From the sequence record PZ402302.1: DNA of 39,751 bases. The stretch is one strand, 5' to 3'. The translations under genes and the position numbers were made by a program. Shown one piece after another: positions 17,035-25,726 of the stretch (positions are counted from its first letter, which is position 1; the number at the start of each line of letters is the position of its first letter). The notes below the pieces were generated by a model, which saw nothing but the letters and a program-made list of their open reading frames with translations, did not search any database and was not told where the DNA came from. This DNA is from a phage.

Positions 17035-17077
17035 GACACTCTGTTCCCACTTATCAATCCACTTAAGGAGAATCACA

Positions 17078-17290
17078 ATGTTTAAATTCATCAACACTCT
17101 TGGTAAGCTGGTAGTTAAAATGTACTTCCGTGAAGCTAAACGTATGAACGACAAGGCACGTAAGGACGCTGAACAGGCGCAACGGTTGGCTAAACAGGCG
17201 CGTCTACTGTCTGAAGATGCAAGTGCTGGCGTTACGTCTGCTGCTAAGATTGCAGCGAAAGCAACCGACCTAAACAAGTTCTTCCTGTAA
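17078..17290 (+). CDS. 4.3: gp4.3-like protein, 70 aa
   Basis: MFKFINTLGKLVVKMYFREAKRMNDKARKDAEQ...; RBS aaggag; resembles recalled T7 gp4.3. Confidence 0.7.
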   Translation: MFKFINTLGKLVVKMYFREAKRMNDKARKDAEQAQRLAKQARLLSEDASAGVTSAAKIAAKATDLNKFFL

Positions 17291-17469
17291 TGGTTACGAT
17301 AACCCTTGTGCTCACTCTGATAACTGTGAGCGGACAAACAATAAGTCAAGTCCCTATCACTGCACCAAAGGCTGAGGCATACGAGATATGTGAACAGCAA
17401 GGGCGCTCGTGGTCTAAGGACTTGATGAAGAACGGCAGGGTTTTCACTGCCAACTACAACTGTATCTAA
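17290..17469 (+). CDS. small protein with signal-peptide-like N-terminus, 59 aa
   Basis: MVTITLVLTLITVSGQ then polar region with 2 Cys; ATG overlaps 4.3 stop (taATG); hand-translated. Confidence 0.45.
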   Translation: MVTITLVLTLITVSGQTISQVPITAPKAEAYEICEQQGRSWSKDLMKNGRVFTANYNCI

Positions 17470-17483
17470 TAGGAGTACACAAC

Positions 17484-17786
17484 ATGGCTATTAAATTCCC
17501 CGGTAACACTATCCCTCTGTCCGACACCATCGACCAGTATGCTCGTCGGGTGCACATCAACGTCCGTAATGGCAAGGTCACTTTGGTCTACCGCTGGAAG
17601 GACCATAAGTCCACCAAGGCGCACACACAGCGTGTGACTCTGGATGACACACAGGCAGGTCGTCTGCTGGCTTCCGTTGCTGTAGCCGCTACTGTGGCTG
17701 TAGGTGAAGACAATGTGCGTCAGGTTCTGCTGGGTAAGACCGTGGAGTCTGAGGGCAACATGCTTGCTGACAAGTGTGAAGAGTAA
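17484..17786 (+). CDS. hypothetical protein, 100 aa (gene 4.5 region)
   Basis: RBS taggag; clean ORF; no recognised similarity. Confidence 0.65.
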   Translation: MAIKFPGNTIPLSDTIDQYARRVHINVRNGKVTLVYRWKDHKSTKAHTQRVTLDDTQAGRLLASVAVAATVAVGEDNVRQVLLGKTVESEGNMLADKCEE

Positions 17787-17788
17787 GA

Positions 17789-17830
17789 GTTAAACTAAAG
17801 GTCATCTCCGGGTGGCCTTCGTGATTAACT
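17789..17830 (+). promoter_or_regulatory. RNase III-type processing hairpin
   Basis: gttaaactaaaggtcatctccgggtggccttcgtgattaac. Confidence 0.65.
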
Positions 17831-17842
17831 TTTGTATGAAAT

Positions 17843-17865
17843 CTATTCAACTCACTAATGGGAGA
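17843..17865 (+). promoter_or_regulatory. divergent phage-promoter-like element (phi4.7 position)
   Basis: ctattcaactcactaatgggagaac: conserved -9 to +6, mismatches at -17, -16, -13, -11. Confidence 0.45.
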
Positions 17866-17873
17866 ACAACACT

Positions 17874-18275
17874 ATGCGTAATCGTAATGTAATCGAAGCT
17901 GAAATCTCTAAGCTGCAAGCTGAACTGGCTGATGTCAAAGAGTATGAATGTGCTCGTGACTCGGCGGTACACATCCTGAAGAACTTAGGGTGGACTCGTG
18001 TTCGCGGTAAGTGGGTGCAACCAGTGAATCGTCCTGACCTGAAGGTATTCGATAAGGACACCATGACCCACATTAAGGCTGGTGACTTCTGCACATCAAC
18101 TGAGACATCCTCTCTATGGTTCGTGCGCACTGTCGCTGGCAACATCTGCTGGTGCTCACGAGTGTCCCGCATTGCTCCTAACGGAACCTTAGTGACCAGC
18201 AACAACGTTGGAATCAAAGCTGAGAACCTGAAGGTAATCAACGTGAAAGACTATATGGGATACACCCATCGTTAA
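17874..18275 (+). CDS. gp4.7-like hypothetical protein, 133 aa
   Basis: MRNRNVIEAEISKLQAELADVKEY...SAVHILKNLGWT...VFDKDTMTHIKAGD resembles recalled T7 gp4.7; immediately upstream of gene 5. Confidence 0.6.
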   Translation: MRNRNVIEAEISKLQAELADVKEYECARDSAVHILKNLGWTRVRGKWVQPVNRPDLKVFDKDTMTHIKAGDFCTSTETSSLWFVRTVAGNICWCSRVSRIAPNGTLVTSNNVGIKAENLKVINVKDYMGYTHR

Positions 18276-18294
18276 ACTTTAAGGAGTAAACACA

Positions 18295-20409
18295 ATGTTA
18301 CTATCCGACATCGAAACAAACGGGTTGCTGCACAACGTTAGTCAATTTCACTGTGCGGTGACTTACGACTACACAACTGACCAGTACATCCGTTACCGAC
18401 CTGATGACTTTGGGGCGTACATTGATGCACTCGAAGCCGAGGTTGCTCGTGGTGGTCTCATTGTGTTCCACAACGGTCACAAGTATGACGTTCCTGTTAT
18501 CGAGAAGCTGGCGAAGCTGATTCTGAATCGTGACGTTAAGTTCCCGAAAGAGAACGTCTTGGACACCTTAGTGATGTCCCGACTGATTTACTCTAACATC
18601 AAAGACACTGATGCTGGTCTGCTGCGTTCTGGCAAGCTGCCGGGTAAACGCTTTGGCTCTCACGCTCTTGAGGCGTGGGGCTACCGCTTAGGCGAAATGA
18701 AGGGTGAGTACAAGGACGACTTTAAGAAGTCACTGGAAGAGTCTGGTGATGAATACGAAGACGGGATGGAGTGGCTGTTCTTCAACGAAGACATGATGGA
18801 ATATAACGTTCAAGACGTTGTAGTCACCAAGGCACTCTTTGAGAAACTGTGTAGCAACACTTTCTATTTCCCGAACGAGACACCCGCTGGAAGCACAGAA
18901 GCAGAACGTTTCTGGAACGGTAGCCTTGAGGCTGTCAAGCTGGAACATGATGCTGCATGGTTGTTAGCTAAGATGGAGCGTAACGGTTTTCCTATTGACA
19001 TTAAGTCTCTTGAGAACCTGTACGCAGAACTCGCTGGTAGACGTGGTGAGCTACTCGTAGAGTTAACCAATACGTTTGGCTCATGGTACTCCGCTAAGGG
19101 CGGTACTGAAGCATTCAGGCATCCTCGTACCGGAAAGCCGCTCACCAAGTATCCTCGTGTGAAGTACCCGAAACAGGGTGGTATATTTAAGAAGCCTAAG
19201 AACAAGAAGCAACGTGAAGGCTTAGAGCCATGTGAGTTGGATACCCGCGATTACGTTGAGGGTGCTCCGTATACTCCGGTTGAGCACGTTGTGTTTAACC
19301 CTTCGAGCCGAGACCACATCACTCGTGTTCTCACCAAGGCTGGTTGGGTTCCCGTTGAGTTCACCCCAAGTGGTGCACCAAAGGTAGACGATGAGGTCTT
19401 AGAGCACGTTAAGGTAGACGACCCTGATGCACAGCGTTGCATTGAGTTGATTAAAGAATACCTTATGATTCAGAAACGTATCGGTCAGGTTGCTGAGGGT
19501 GATAACGGCTGGCTCCGAATGATTGGAGAAGATGGTCGTATTCACGGAAGCGTTAACCCTAACGGTGCGGTAACTGGACGTGCAACCCATAGTTTCCCTA
19601 ACGTGGCACAGGTGCCTTCTATCCGTGCTGCTTATGGCGAACCTTGCCGTGCTGCTTTCGGTGCCGAGCACAACATGAAAGACGGTAAGCCAGACCCTTG
19701 GATTCAAGTTGGTGTGGATGCGTCCGGCCTTGAGCTACGTTGCTTGGGCCACTTCATGTATCGTTATGATGAGGGTGAGTACGTTGAGACTATCCTCACT
19801 GGTGACATCCATACGAAGAACCAATTGGCTGCGGGCCTACCAACTCGTGACAACGCTAAGACATTTATCTATGGGTTCCTCTATGGTGCTGGCGCTGCGA
19901 AGATAGGACAGATTGTTGGTGGTACTGCCGAAGACGGTAAGCGACTCATAAAGAACTTCCTTGAGCAAACCCCTGCTATCGCTGCATTACGTGAAGCAAT
20001 CACAGGGACACTCGTCAAGGACTCTAAGTGGGTTGGTGGTGAACAGAAAGTAACTTGGAAGCGCCGTTGGGTTCGAGGCTTGGATGGTCGTAAAGTACAC
20101 GTCCGTAGTCCTCACGCTGCGTTGAACACCTTGTTGCAATCTGCTGGTGCTCTGATTTGTAAACTGTGGATTGTAGAGACTGAGCGTCTGTTACTGGAAG
20201 CTGGCCTGAAGCATGGCTGGGATGGCGACTTTGCGTATATGGCTTGGGTACACGATGAGATTCAGGTAGCTGCACGTACTCAAGAGATTGCCGATAAGAT
20301 TGTAGAGTTGGCACAGCAAGCAATGCGTAATGTGGGAGACCACTTTAACTTTAGATGTCAGTTAGATACCGAAGGTAAGACTGGCGCAAACTGGAAAGAT
20401 TGTCACTAA
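18295..20409 (+). CDS. 5: DNA polymerase, family A with 3-prime-5-prime exonuclease (T7 gp5-like), 704 aa
   Basis: Same length as T7 DNAP; blocks DIETNGLL (exo), LIVFHNGHKYDVPV, GKRFGSHALEAWGYRLGEMKGEYKDDFK, RDNAKTFIYGFLYGAG, YMAWVHDEIQV match by recall. Confidence 0.97.
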   Translation: MLLSDIETNGLLHNVSQFHCAVTYDYTTDQYIRYRPDDFGAYIDALEAEVARGGLIVFHNGHKYDVPVIEKLAKLILNRDVKFPKENVLDTLVMSRLIYSNIKDTDAGLLRSGKLPGKRFGSHALEAWGYRLGEMKGEYKDDFKKSLEESGDEYEDGMEWLFFNEDMMEYNVQDVVVTKALFEKLCSNTFYFPNETPAGSTEAERFWNGSLEAVKLEHDAAWLLAKMERNGFPIDIKSLENLYAELAGRRGELLVELTNTFGSWYSAKGGTEAFRHPRTGKPLTKYPRVKYPKQGGIFKKPKNKKQREGLEPCELDTRDYVEGAPYTPVEHVVFNPSSRDHITRVLTKAGWVPVEFTPSGAPKVDDEVLEHVKVDDPDAQRCIELIKEYLMIQKRIGQVAEGDNGWLRMIGEDGRIHGSVNPNGAVTGRATHSFPNVAQVPSIRAAYGEPCRAAFGAEHNMKDGKPDPWIQVGVDASGLELRCLGHFMYRYDEGEYVETILTGDIHTKNQLAAGLPTRDNAKTFIYGFLYGAGAAKIGQIVGGTAEDGKRLIKNFLEQTPAIAALREAITGTLVKDSKWVGGEQKVTWKRRWVRGLDGRKVHVRSPHAALNTLLQSAGALICKLWIVETERLLLEAGLKHGWDGDFAYMAWVHDEIQVAARTQEIADKIVELAQQAMRNVGDHFNFRCQLDTEGKTGANWKDCH

Positions 20410-20424
20410 TAGGAGACACATATC

Positions 20425-20727
20425 ATGGCTATTACTAAACGTTTTAAAGTATCATTCGAAGTCACCGCTGTAATTGATAGCGAGTCTGAGAACAACCTGA
20501 ATGATTTACTCGTAGACATCGCTAAGAAAGCTGCCACTGGTGAGGAACTTAACCCGTTTAAACGTGAGTTGCTAGTTCAAGGTCTAACCTATGGACCAGA
20601 AGGTGCTGCCGCATTCTGTATCAAGCAGGGTCTTCGCAATTTTATTCGTGAGGGCCACGGCGAACTGAGTTCAACCGAGCGAAAGCTCATGCGATTCTCT
20701 CCAGCTACTATTCGTGAGGTGAAGTAA
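20425..20727 (+). CDS. 5.5: gp5.5-like protein (H-NS-binding family), 100 aa
   Basis: MAITKRFKVSFEVTA... and C-terminal SPATIREV match recalled T7 gp5.5. Confidence 0.75.
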   Translation: MAITKRFKVSFEVTAVIDSESENNLNDLLVDIAKKAATGEELNPFKRELLVQGLTYGPEGAAAFCIKQGLRNFIREGHGELSSTERKLMRFSPATIREVK

Positions 20728-20936
20728 TGGGTGATTATCTACGTGTACTGGCGGCTATCAAAAGCTGCCCCAAGACCTTTCAGTCGAACTATGTGCGCAA
20801 CAATGCGTCACTGGTGGCTGAGGCTGCGAGTCGTGGTCATATCTCTTGCCTATCAGTCGATGGGCGTAATGCTGGCGCTTGGGAAGTAACAGGCGCTGGT
20901 GTCCGATTCCTGAAGAAGATGGGAGGTTGCGTATGA
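20727..20936 (+). CDS. 5.7: gp5.7-like protein, 69 aa
   Basis: AIKSCPKTFQSNYVRNNASLVAEAASRGHISCL...RFLKKMGGCV nearly identical to recalled T7 gp5.7. Confidence 0.85.
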   Translation: MGDYLRVLAAIKSCPKTFQSNYVRNNASLVAEAASRGHISCLSVDGRNAGAWEVTGAGVRFLKKMGGCV

Positions 20937-21847
20937 GCGCAATTACACTGAAGGAGTTCTACGAGTTACGCCAAGGGAAATCCGATAAGGGTGTTCTCGT
21001 AATGGATGGTGACTGGCTGGTATTCCAAGCGATGGCAGCAAGCGAAGTCGAGACCGATTGGGGTGACGATGTGTGGACCTTAGAGTGTGACCACGGGAAA
21101 GCGTGGAACATTCTGGTTGACTCTATCAAGTCCTATGCGAGTCGTAAGAAGGCTTGGCGTGATGCACCTATCGTACTGGCCTTCACGGACGCTGTGAACT
21201 GGCGTAAGGAACTAGTGGACCCAACCTATAAGGAGAACCGTAAGGCATCCCGTAAGCCTGTAGGATACCGTGCGTTCGTCGAGCGTGTTCAAGCATGTGA
21301 GGACTGGATGTCTATCCTTGAAGACCGACTTGAGGGTGATGACGTAATGGGAATCATTGGGTCTGGTGCTAAACATTTTGGTTTCAAGAAGGCTGTACTG
21401 GTCTCCTGTGATAAGGACTTTAAGACCATCCCTGATTGTGACTTCTTGTGGTGCACGACTGGTAACATCTTGACTCAAGACCAGACTACTGCTGACTACT
21501 GGCACATCTATCAGACCATTAAAGGTGACTTGACGGATGGTTATGGTGGCATTCCGGGCTGGGGCGAGACTACCGCTGAGTGGCTGGAGAACCCGTATGC
21601 CTTTGAACAGGTTGAGAAAACTTTCAAGTCTGGTGCCCGTAAGGGACAGACAGTTCTCGAATGGAAAAAGGTTGACATGGGTGAGCGAACCCTATGGGAA
21701 GCCATTGTGACACTTGGTGCAAAAGCTGGGATGACCGAAGAGGAAATCATTAAGCAAGGCCAGATGGCTCGTATACTTCGATTCGAAGAGTACAACTTTA
21801 TCGACAAGGAGATTTACCTATGGTCGCCGGAACAGTTGCGTTCGTAA
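20933..21847 (+). CDS. 6: 5-prime-3-prime exonuclease (T7 gp6-like), 304 aa
   Basis: KGVLVMDGDWLVFQAM, PIVLAFTD.VNWRKELVDP.YK.NRK, DKDFKTIPDCDFLWCTTGNILTQ, KQGQMARILRFEEYNFIDKEIYLW match recalled T7 gp6; ATG 20933 overlaps 5.7 stop. Confidence 0.95.
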   Translation: MSAITLKEFYELRQGKSDKGVLVMDGDWLVFQAMAASEVETDWGDDVWTLECDHGKAWNILVDSIKSYASRKKAWRDAPIVLAFTDAVNWRKELVDPTYKENRKASRKPVGYRAFVERVQACEDWMSILEDRLEGDDVMGIIGSGAKHFGFKKAVLVSCDKDFKTIPDCDFLWCTTGNILTQDQTTADYWHIYQTIKGDLTDGYGGIPGWGETTAEWLENPYAFEQVEKTFKSGARKGQTVLEWKKVDMGERTLWEAIVTLGAKAGMTEEEIIKQGQMARILRFEEYNFIDKEIYLWSPEQLRS

Positions 21848-21906
21848 TGTTCGCAATCGTAGCCTTCGCTATGGTGTGGGCTGCATTTATAGCTAAGAGT
21901 GTGTAA
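21847..21906 (+). CDS. tiny hydrophobic ORF, 19 aa (gene 6.3 position)
   Basis: MFAIVAFAMVWAAFIAKSV; ATG overlaps gene 6 stop; hand-translated; weak. Confidence 0.3.
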   Translation: MFAIVAFAMVWAAFIAKSV

Positions 21907-21934
21907 CTCTAGGCATTCTTCTTGACAGTGAAAT

Positions 21935-21957
21935 CAATACGACTCACTATTGAGAGG
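21935..21957 (+). promoter_or_regulatory. phage RNAP promoter (phi6.5-like)
   Basis: caatacgactcactattgagagg. Confidence 0.8.
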
Positions 21958-22008
21958 GGTGCCTATATGATACCTACTTTAAGTTTAACTTTAAGGAGAA
22001 CATTAATT

Positions 22009-22254
22009 ATGTTAACCCCTATCAAGAAGTATATGGAGAACCCACAAGATATTCCTAACGTTCCTCGTGCAACTATGGAGTACCTACAGGTTCAATACAA
22101 TGCTGGATATGCTATTCAGTCAGGACTAATCAACCGATTGAAACAGGCTGGATGGTCTGAAAGCTACATCGCTGGGTTCCTCGCGGGTCTCAACTATGCG
22201 TCTCAAACTCTGGACGACATGGAGGCAATCCGTAGGGAACAGGCTGAGTCGTAA
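22009..22254 (+). CDS. 6.5: gp6.5-like protein, 81 aa
   Basis: RBS taaggag; MLTPIKKYMENPQD...; position after phi6.5. Confidence 0.65.
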   Translation: MLTPIKKYMENPQDIPNVPRATMEYLQVQYNAGYAIQSGLINRLKQAGWSESYIAGFLAGLNYASQTLDDMEAIRREQAES

Positions 22255-22263
22255 GGAGGTCTT

Positions 22264-22539
22264 ATGTGCTTTTCGCCAAAGATTAAGACACCTAAAGTAA
22301 AGACTGAATCCATCCGAGCTATCGACCCTGCGCCACTGACGGAAGAACCGAAAGGTATTCTCTTTGGTGGCGAAGAGGACAATGATAGCGGAACCTCTTC
22401 TGAGGTGCCAACGGGTGGCAAGAAGTCCCTGAAGGTGAAACTGGATGACTCCGTTGAGAAGTCCAAGAAGGCAGACTCCGATGCTGCCAAGAAGAAGTCT
22501 AAATCTGGTATCCGTACCAGTATCTTTAAGAAGAAATAA
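22264..22539 (+). CDS. 6.7: gp6.7-like virion protein, 91 aa
   Basis: MCFSPKIKTPK... and basic C-terminus match recalled T7 gp6.7. Confidence 0.8.
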   Translation: MCFSPKIKTPKVKTESIRAIDPAPLTEEPKGILFGGEEDNDSGTSSEVPTGGKKSLKVKLDDSVEKSKKADSDAAKKKSKSGIRTSIFKKK

Positions 22540-22553
22540 ATAGGAGGTCTATC

Positions 22554-22922
22554 ATGGGTTGGGGTAAAAAGATTCGCAAATCAGTTAAGAAGGCTGTCAA
22601 GAAAGTAACCAAACCTATCGAGAAGGTAGTCAAGGAAACTGGTAAGGCAGTTGAGAAGGTCGGTAAGGAAGCTGGTAAGGTCGTTGGCGGCGTTGCTGGT
22701 GCACTTGCTGGTGGGGGTAAGCCTGATGTACAGGTGGTTGAACAAGCTGCTCCTGTAGCTGCTCCGGCCCCGGCTGCTGCACAGATTATTGAGCCACCGA
22801 GTAAAGACGATGTGGATACCGATGATGATGCACAGACCGAATCTGGCAAGAAGAAAGCCCGTGCTGGCGGTAAGAAATCTCTGAGTGTCGCTCGCAGTTC
22901 TGGCGGTGGTCTGAATATCTAA
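22554..22922 (+). CDS. 7.3: gp7.3-like tail/host-range protein, 122 aa
   Basis: Lys-rich N-terminus and C-terminus TESGKKKARAGGKKSLSVARSSGGGLNI match recalled T7 gp7.3. Confidence 0.85.
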   Translation: MGWGKKIRKSVKKAVKKVTKPIEKVVKETGKAVEKVGKEAGKVVGGVAGALAGGGKPDVQVVEQAAPVAAPAPAAAQIIEPPSKDDVDTDDDAQTESGKKKARAGGKKSLSVARSSGGGLNI

Positions 22923-22935
22923 TTAAGGAGGCACT

Positions 22936-24543
22936 ATGGCAAGCTCACAGAAACGTGAAGGCTTCGCGGAGAATGGTGCCAAGGCGGTGTATGACGCATT
23001 GAAGAACGACCGGAACTCCTATGAGACCCGTGCGGAAAACTGTGCGAAGTACACCATCCCTTCGTTGTTCCCTAAAGACTCCGACAACGCCTCTACTGAC
23101 TACACCACTCCGTGGCAAGCAGTTGGCGCTCGTGGCTTGAACAACTTGGCCTCTAAGCTCATGCTCGCTCTGTTCCCTATGCAGACGTGGATGAAGCTGA
23201 CCATCTCTGAGTTCGAAGCGAAACAATTGGTTGCACAGCCAGCCGAACTAGCGAAGGTCGAAGAAGGTCTCTCAATGGTCGAGCGAATCTTGATGAACTA
23301 CATCGAGTCCAACTCGTACCGTGTGACACTCTTTGAGACCCTCAAGCAGTTGGTCGTTGCAGGTAACGCTCTGCTCTACATTCCTGAACCTGAAGGTGCT
23401 TACAATCCGATGAAGCTATACCGACTGTCTTCTTATGTTGTCCAACGAGACGCATTCGGCACGGTGCTACAGATTGTAACCTTAGATAAGACTGCCTATG
23501 CAGCACTTCCAGAAGACGTTCGAAACTCTATGGACTCCGGTCAGGAACATAAAGGCGACGAAATGATTGATGTGTACACTCACATTTATCTTGACGAAGA
23601 ATCTGGTGAGTACCTCAAGTACGAAGAGATTGATGGTGTTGAAGTCGATGGTACAGATGCTTCTTATCCGGTGGACGCTTGTCCTTATATCCCGGTTCGC
23701 ATGGTACGCATTGATGGAGAATCATATGGTCGTTCTTACTGTGAGGAATACTTAGGTGACTTACGGTCCCTTGAGAACCTCCAAGAAGCTATCGTTAAGA
23801 TGTCAATGATTAGTGCTAAAGTTATTGGCTTGGTTAACCCGGCTGGTATCACACAGGTTCGTCGTTTGACCAAAGCACAGACTGGTGACTTCGTGTCTGG
23901 TCGTCCAGAAGACATCTCGTTCCTTCAGCTTGAAAAGGCAGCAGACTTCTCTGTAGCGAAAGCTGTGAGTGAACAGATTGAGGGCCGACTATCCTATGCC
24001 TTTATGTTGAACTCCGCTGTGCAACGCACTGGTGAGCGTGTGACTGCCGAAGAGATTCGATATGTTGCATCTGAACTCGAAGATACCCTTGGTGGTGTCT
24101 ATTCGATTCTCTCACAGGAACTTCAGTTGCCAATGGTTCGTGTCCTGCTGAAGCAACTTCAAGCGACCAATCAGATTCCTGAGCTACCGAAAGAGGCCGT
24201 TGAGCCTACTATCAGTACCGGGATGGAAGCATTGGGTCGTGGTCAAGACCTCGATAAGCTGGAGCGTTGTATTGCTGCTTGGTCTGCTCTTGCTCCTATG
24301 CAGAATGACCCGGACATCAACATTGCGACCATTAAGTTGCGCATTGCGAACGCTATCGGCATCGACACTTCTGGTATCCTCAAGACACCTGAAGAGAAAC
24401 AACAGGAGATGGCTGAGGCTGCTCAAGGAACTGCACTGGAGAACGCTGCTGCATCTGCTGGTGCTGGTGCTGGTGCACTTGCTACTGCAAGCCCTGAGAA
24501 CATGCAAGCGGCTGCTGAACAGGCTGGAATGGTTCCAAATTAA
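22936..24543 (+). CDS. 8: portal (head-tail connector) protein (T7 gp8-like), 535 aa
   Basis: YTIPSLFPKDSDNASTDYTTPWQAVGARGLNNLASKLMLALFPMQTWM identical by recall to T7 gp8 N-terminal block; same length. Confidence 0.97.
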   Translation: MASSQKREGFAENGAKAVYDALKNDRNSYETRAENCAKYTIPSLFPKDSDNASTDYTTPWQAVGARGLNNLASKLMLALFPMQTWMKLTISEFEAKQLVAQPAELAKVEEGLSMVERILMNYIESNSYRVTLFETLKQLVVAGNALLYIPEPEGAYNPMKLYRLSSYVVQRDAFGTVLQIVTLDKTAYAALPEDVRNSMDSGQEHKGDEMIDVYTHIYLDEESGEYLKYEEIDGVEVDGTDASYPVDACPYIPVRMVRIDGESYGRSYCEEYLGDLRSLENLQEAIVKMSMISAKVIGLVNPAGITQVRRLTKAQTGDFVSGRPEDISFLQLEKAADFSVAKAVSEQIEGRLSYAFMLNSAVQRTGERVTAEEIRYVASELEDTLGGVYSILSQELQLPMVRVLLKQLQATNQIPELPKEAVEPTISTGMEALGRGQDLDKLERCIAAWSALAPMQNDPDINIATIKLRIANAIGIDTSGILKTPEEKQQEMAEAAQGTALENAAASAGAGAGALATASPENMQAAAEQAGMVPN

Positions 24544-24563
24544 TACGACTCACTAATGGGAGA
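24541..24563 (+). promoter_or_regulatory. phage RNAP promoter (phi9-like)
   Basis: taatacgactcactaatgggagagac. Confidence 0.9.
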
Positions 24564-24619
24564 GACAATACGTCCTCCCTTTGAGTTCAACTTTATGAAA
24601 TCTAAAGGAGATAACAATT

Positions 24620-25531
24620 ATGGCTGGTGAATCTAACGCTGACGTATACGCATCTTTTGGTGTGAACTCTGCGGTTGTCGGTGGGTCTACTCCTACTGAC
24701 CACGAACAGGCTATGCTTGAACTCGACGTTGCTGCCCGTGATGGTGATGACGCAATTGAGTTAGTAAGTAACGATGACCCGTATGGTAATCCAGACCCGT
24801 TCGGTGAAGAAGACGAAGACCGCACTGAGATTCGTATCTCCACTGATGGTGAACCTGAAGTAACCGAAGAAGGTGAAATCGACTATGAAGGAACCGAAGA
24901 TGAAGGCTCCGAAGAGTTTGAACCAGTTGGTGACGTTCCAGATGAACTGAACGAAGCCTCAAGTCAACTCGAAGAGCACGAAGCCGGTTTCGAAGAGATG
25001 GTCAATCAGGCTGCTGAACGTGGTCTGTCTGAAGAAACCATCGTGCGTATCCAACAGGAATACGGAGAGGACGGTCTGTCTGAAGAGTCTTACGAAGAGT
25101 TAGCCAAAGCTGGTTACTCCAAGTCGTTTGTTGACTCCTACATCCGTGGTCAGGAAGCACTGGTAGAACAGTATGTTCAGTCCGTTATGGAGTACGCTGG
25201 CGGTGAAGCACAGTTCCAAGCAATCTACAATCACCTCGAAGTGTCCAACCCGGATGCTGCCGAGTCTCTGATTAGTGCCTTGGAGAATCGTGACCTCGCA
25301 ACAGTTAAGGCTATCGTTAATCTCGCTGGTGCAAGCCGTGCGAAGACTTTCGGTAAACCTGCTGCCCGTAGCATTTCTAAACGTGCCGTACCTGCTGCAC
25401 CTGTACGAGCCAAACAGTCTGGATTTGAGTCGCAGGCTGAGATGATTGCTGCAATGTCCGACCCTCGCTACCGTTCGGACTCTAAGTTCCGTGCTGAAGT
25501 TGAGCGTAAGATGATGTACAGTAACTTCTAA
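24620..25531 (+). CDS. 9: capsid scaffolding protein (T7 gp9-like), 303 aa
   Basis: Highly acidic (D/E-rich) 303-aa protein between portal and major capsid genes; RBS taaaggag. Confidence 0.9.
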   Translation: MAGESNADVYASFGVNSAVVGGSTPTDHEQAMLELDVAARDGDDAIELVSNDDPYGNPDPFGEEDEDRTEIRISTDGEPEVTEEGEIDYEGTEDEGSEEFEPVGDVPDELNEASSQLEEHEAGFEEMVNQAAERGLSEETIVRIQQEYGEDGLSEESYEELAKAGYSKSFVDSYIRGQEALVEQYVQSVMEYAGGEAQFQAIYNHLEVSNPDAAESLISALENRDLATVKAIVNLAGASRAKTFGKPAARSISKRAVPAAPVRAKQSGFESQAEMIAAMSDPRYRSDSKFRAEVERKMMYSNF

Positions 25532-25534
25532 AAT

Positions 25535-25557
25535 TAATACGACTCACTATTGGGAGA
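25535..25557 (+). promoter_or_regulatory. phage RNAP promoter (phi10-like, class III)
   Basis: ttaatacgactcactattgggagagag: full consensus. Confidence 0.9.
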
Positions 25558-25726
25558 GAGATGGAATCCCACGATTGGAGGTCACACAGACCATTAAGTT
25601 GCTGTGACATCTGGCTTCCGGGCTTGTCGTGGGAATGCTCCCTTTGAGTGATACACAATGAGAACCAACTCGTTTCAAGTAGTACCTCACACATTTAAAC
25701 TTTAAATTAACAGAAGGAGATTCAAC

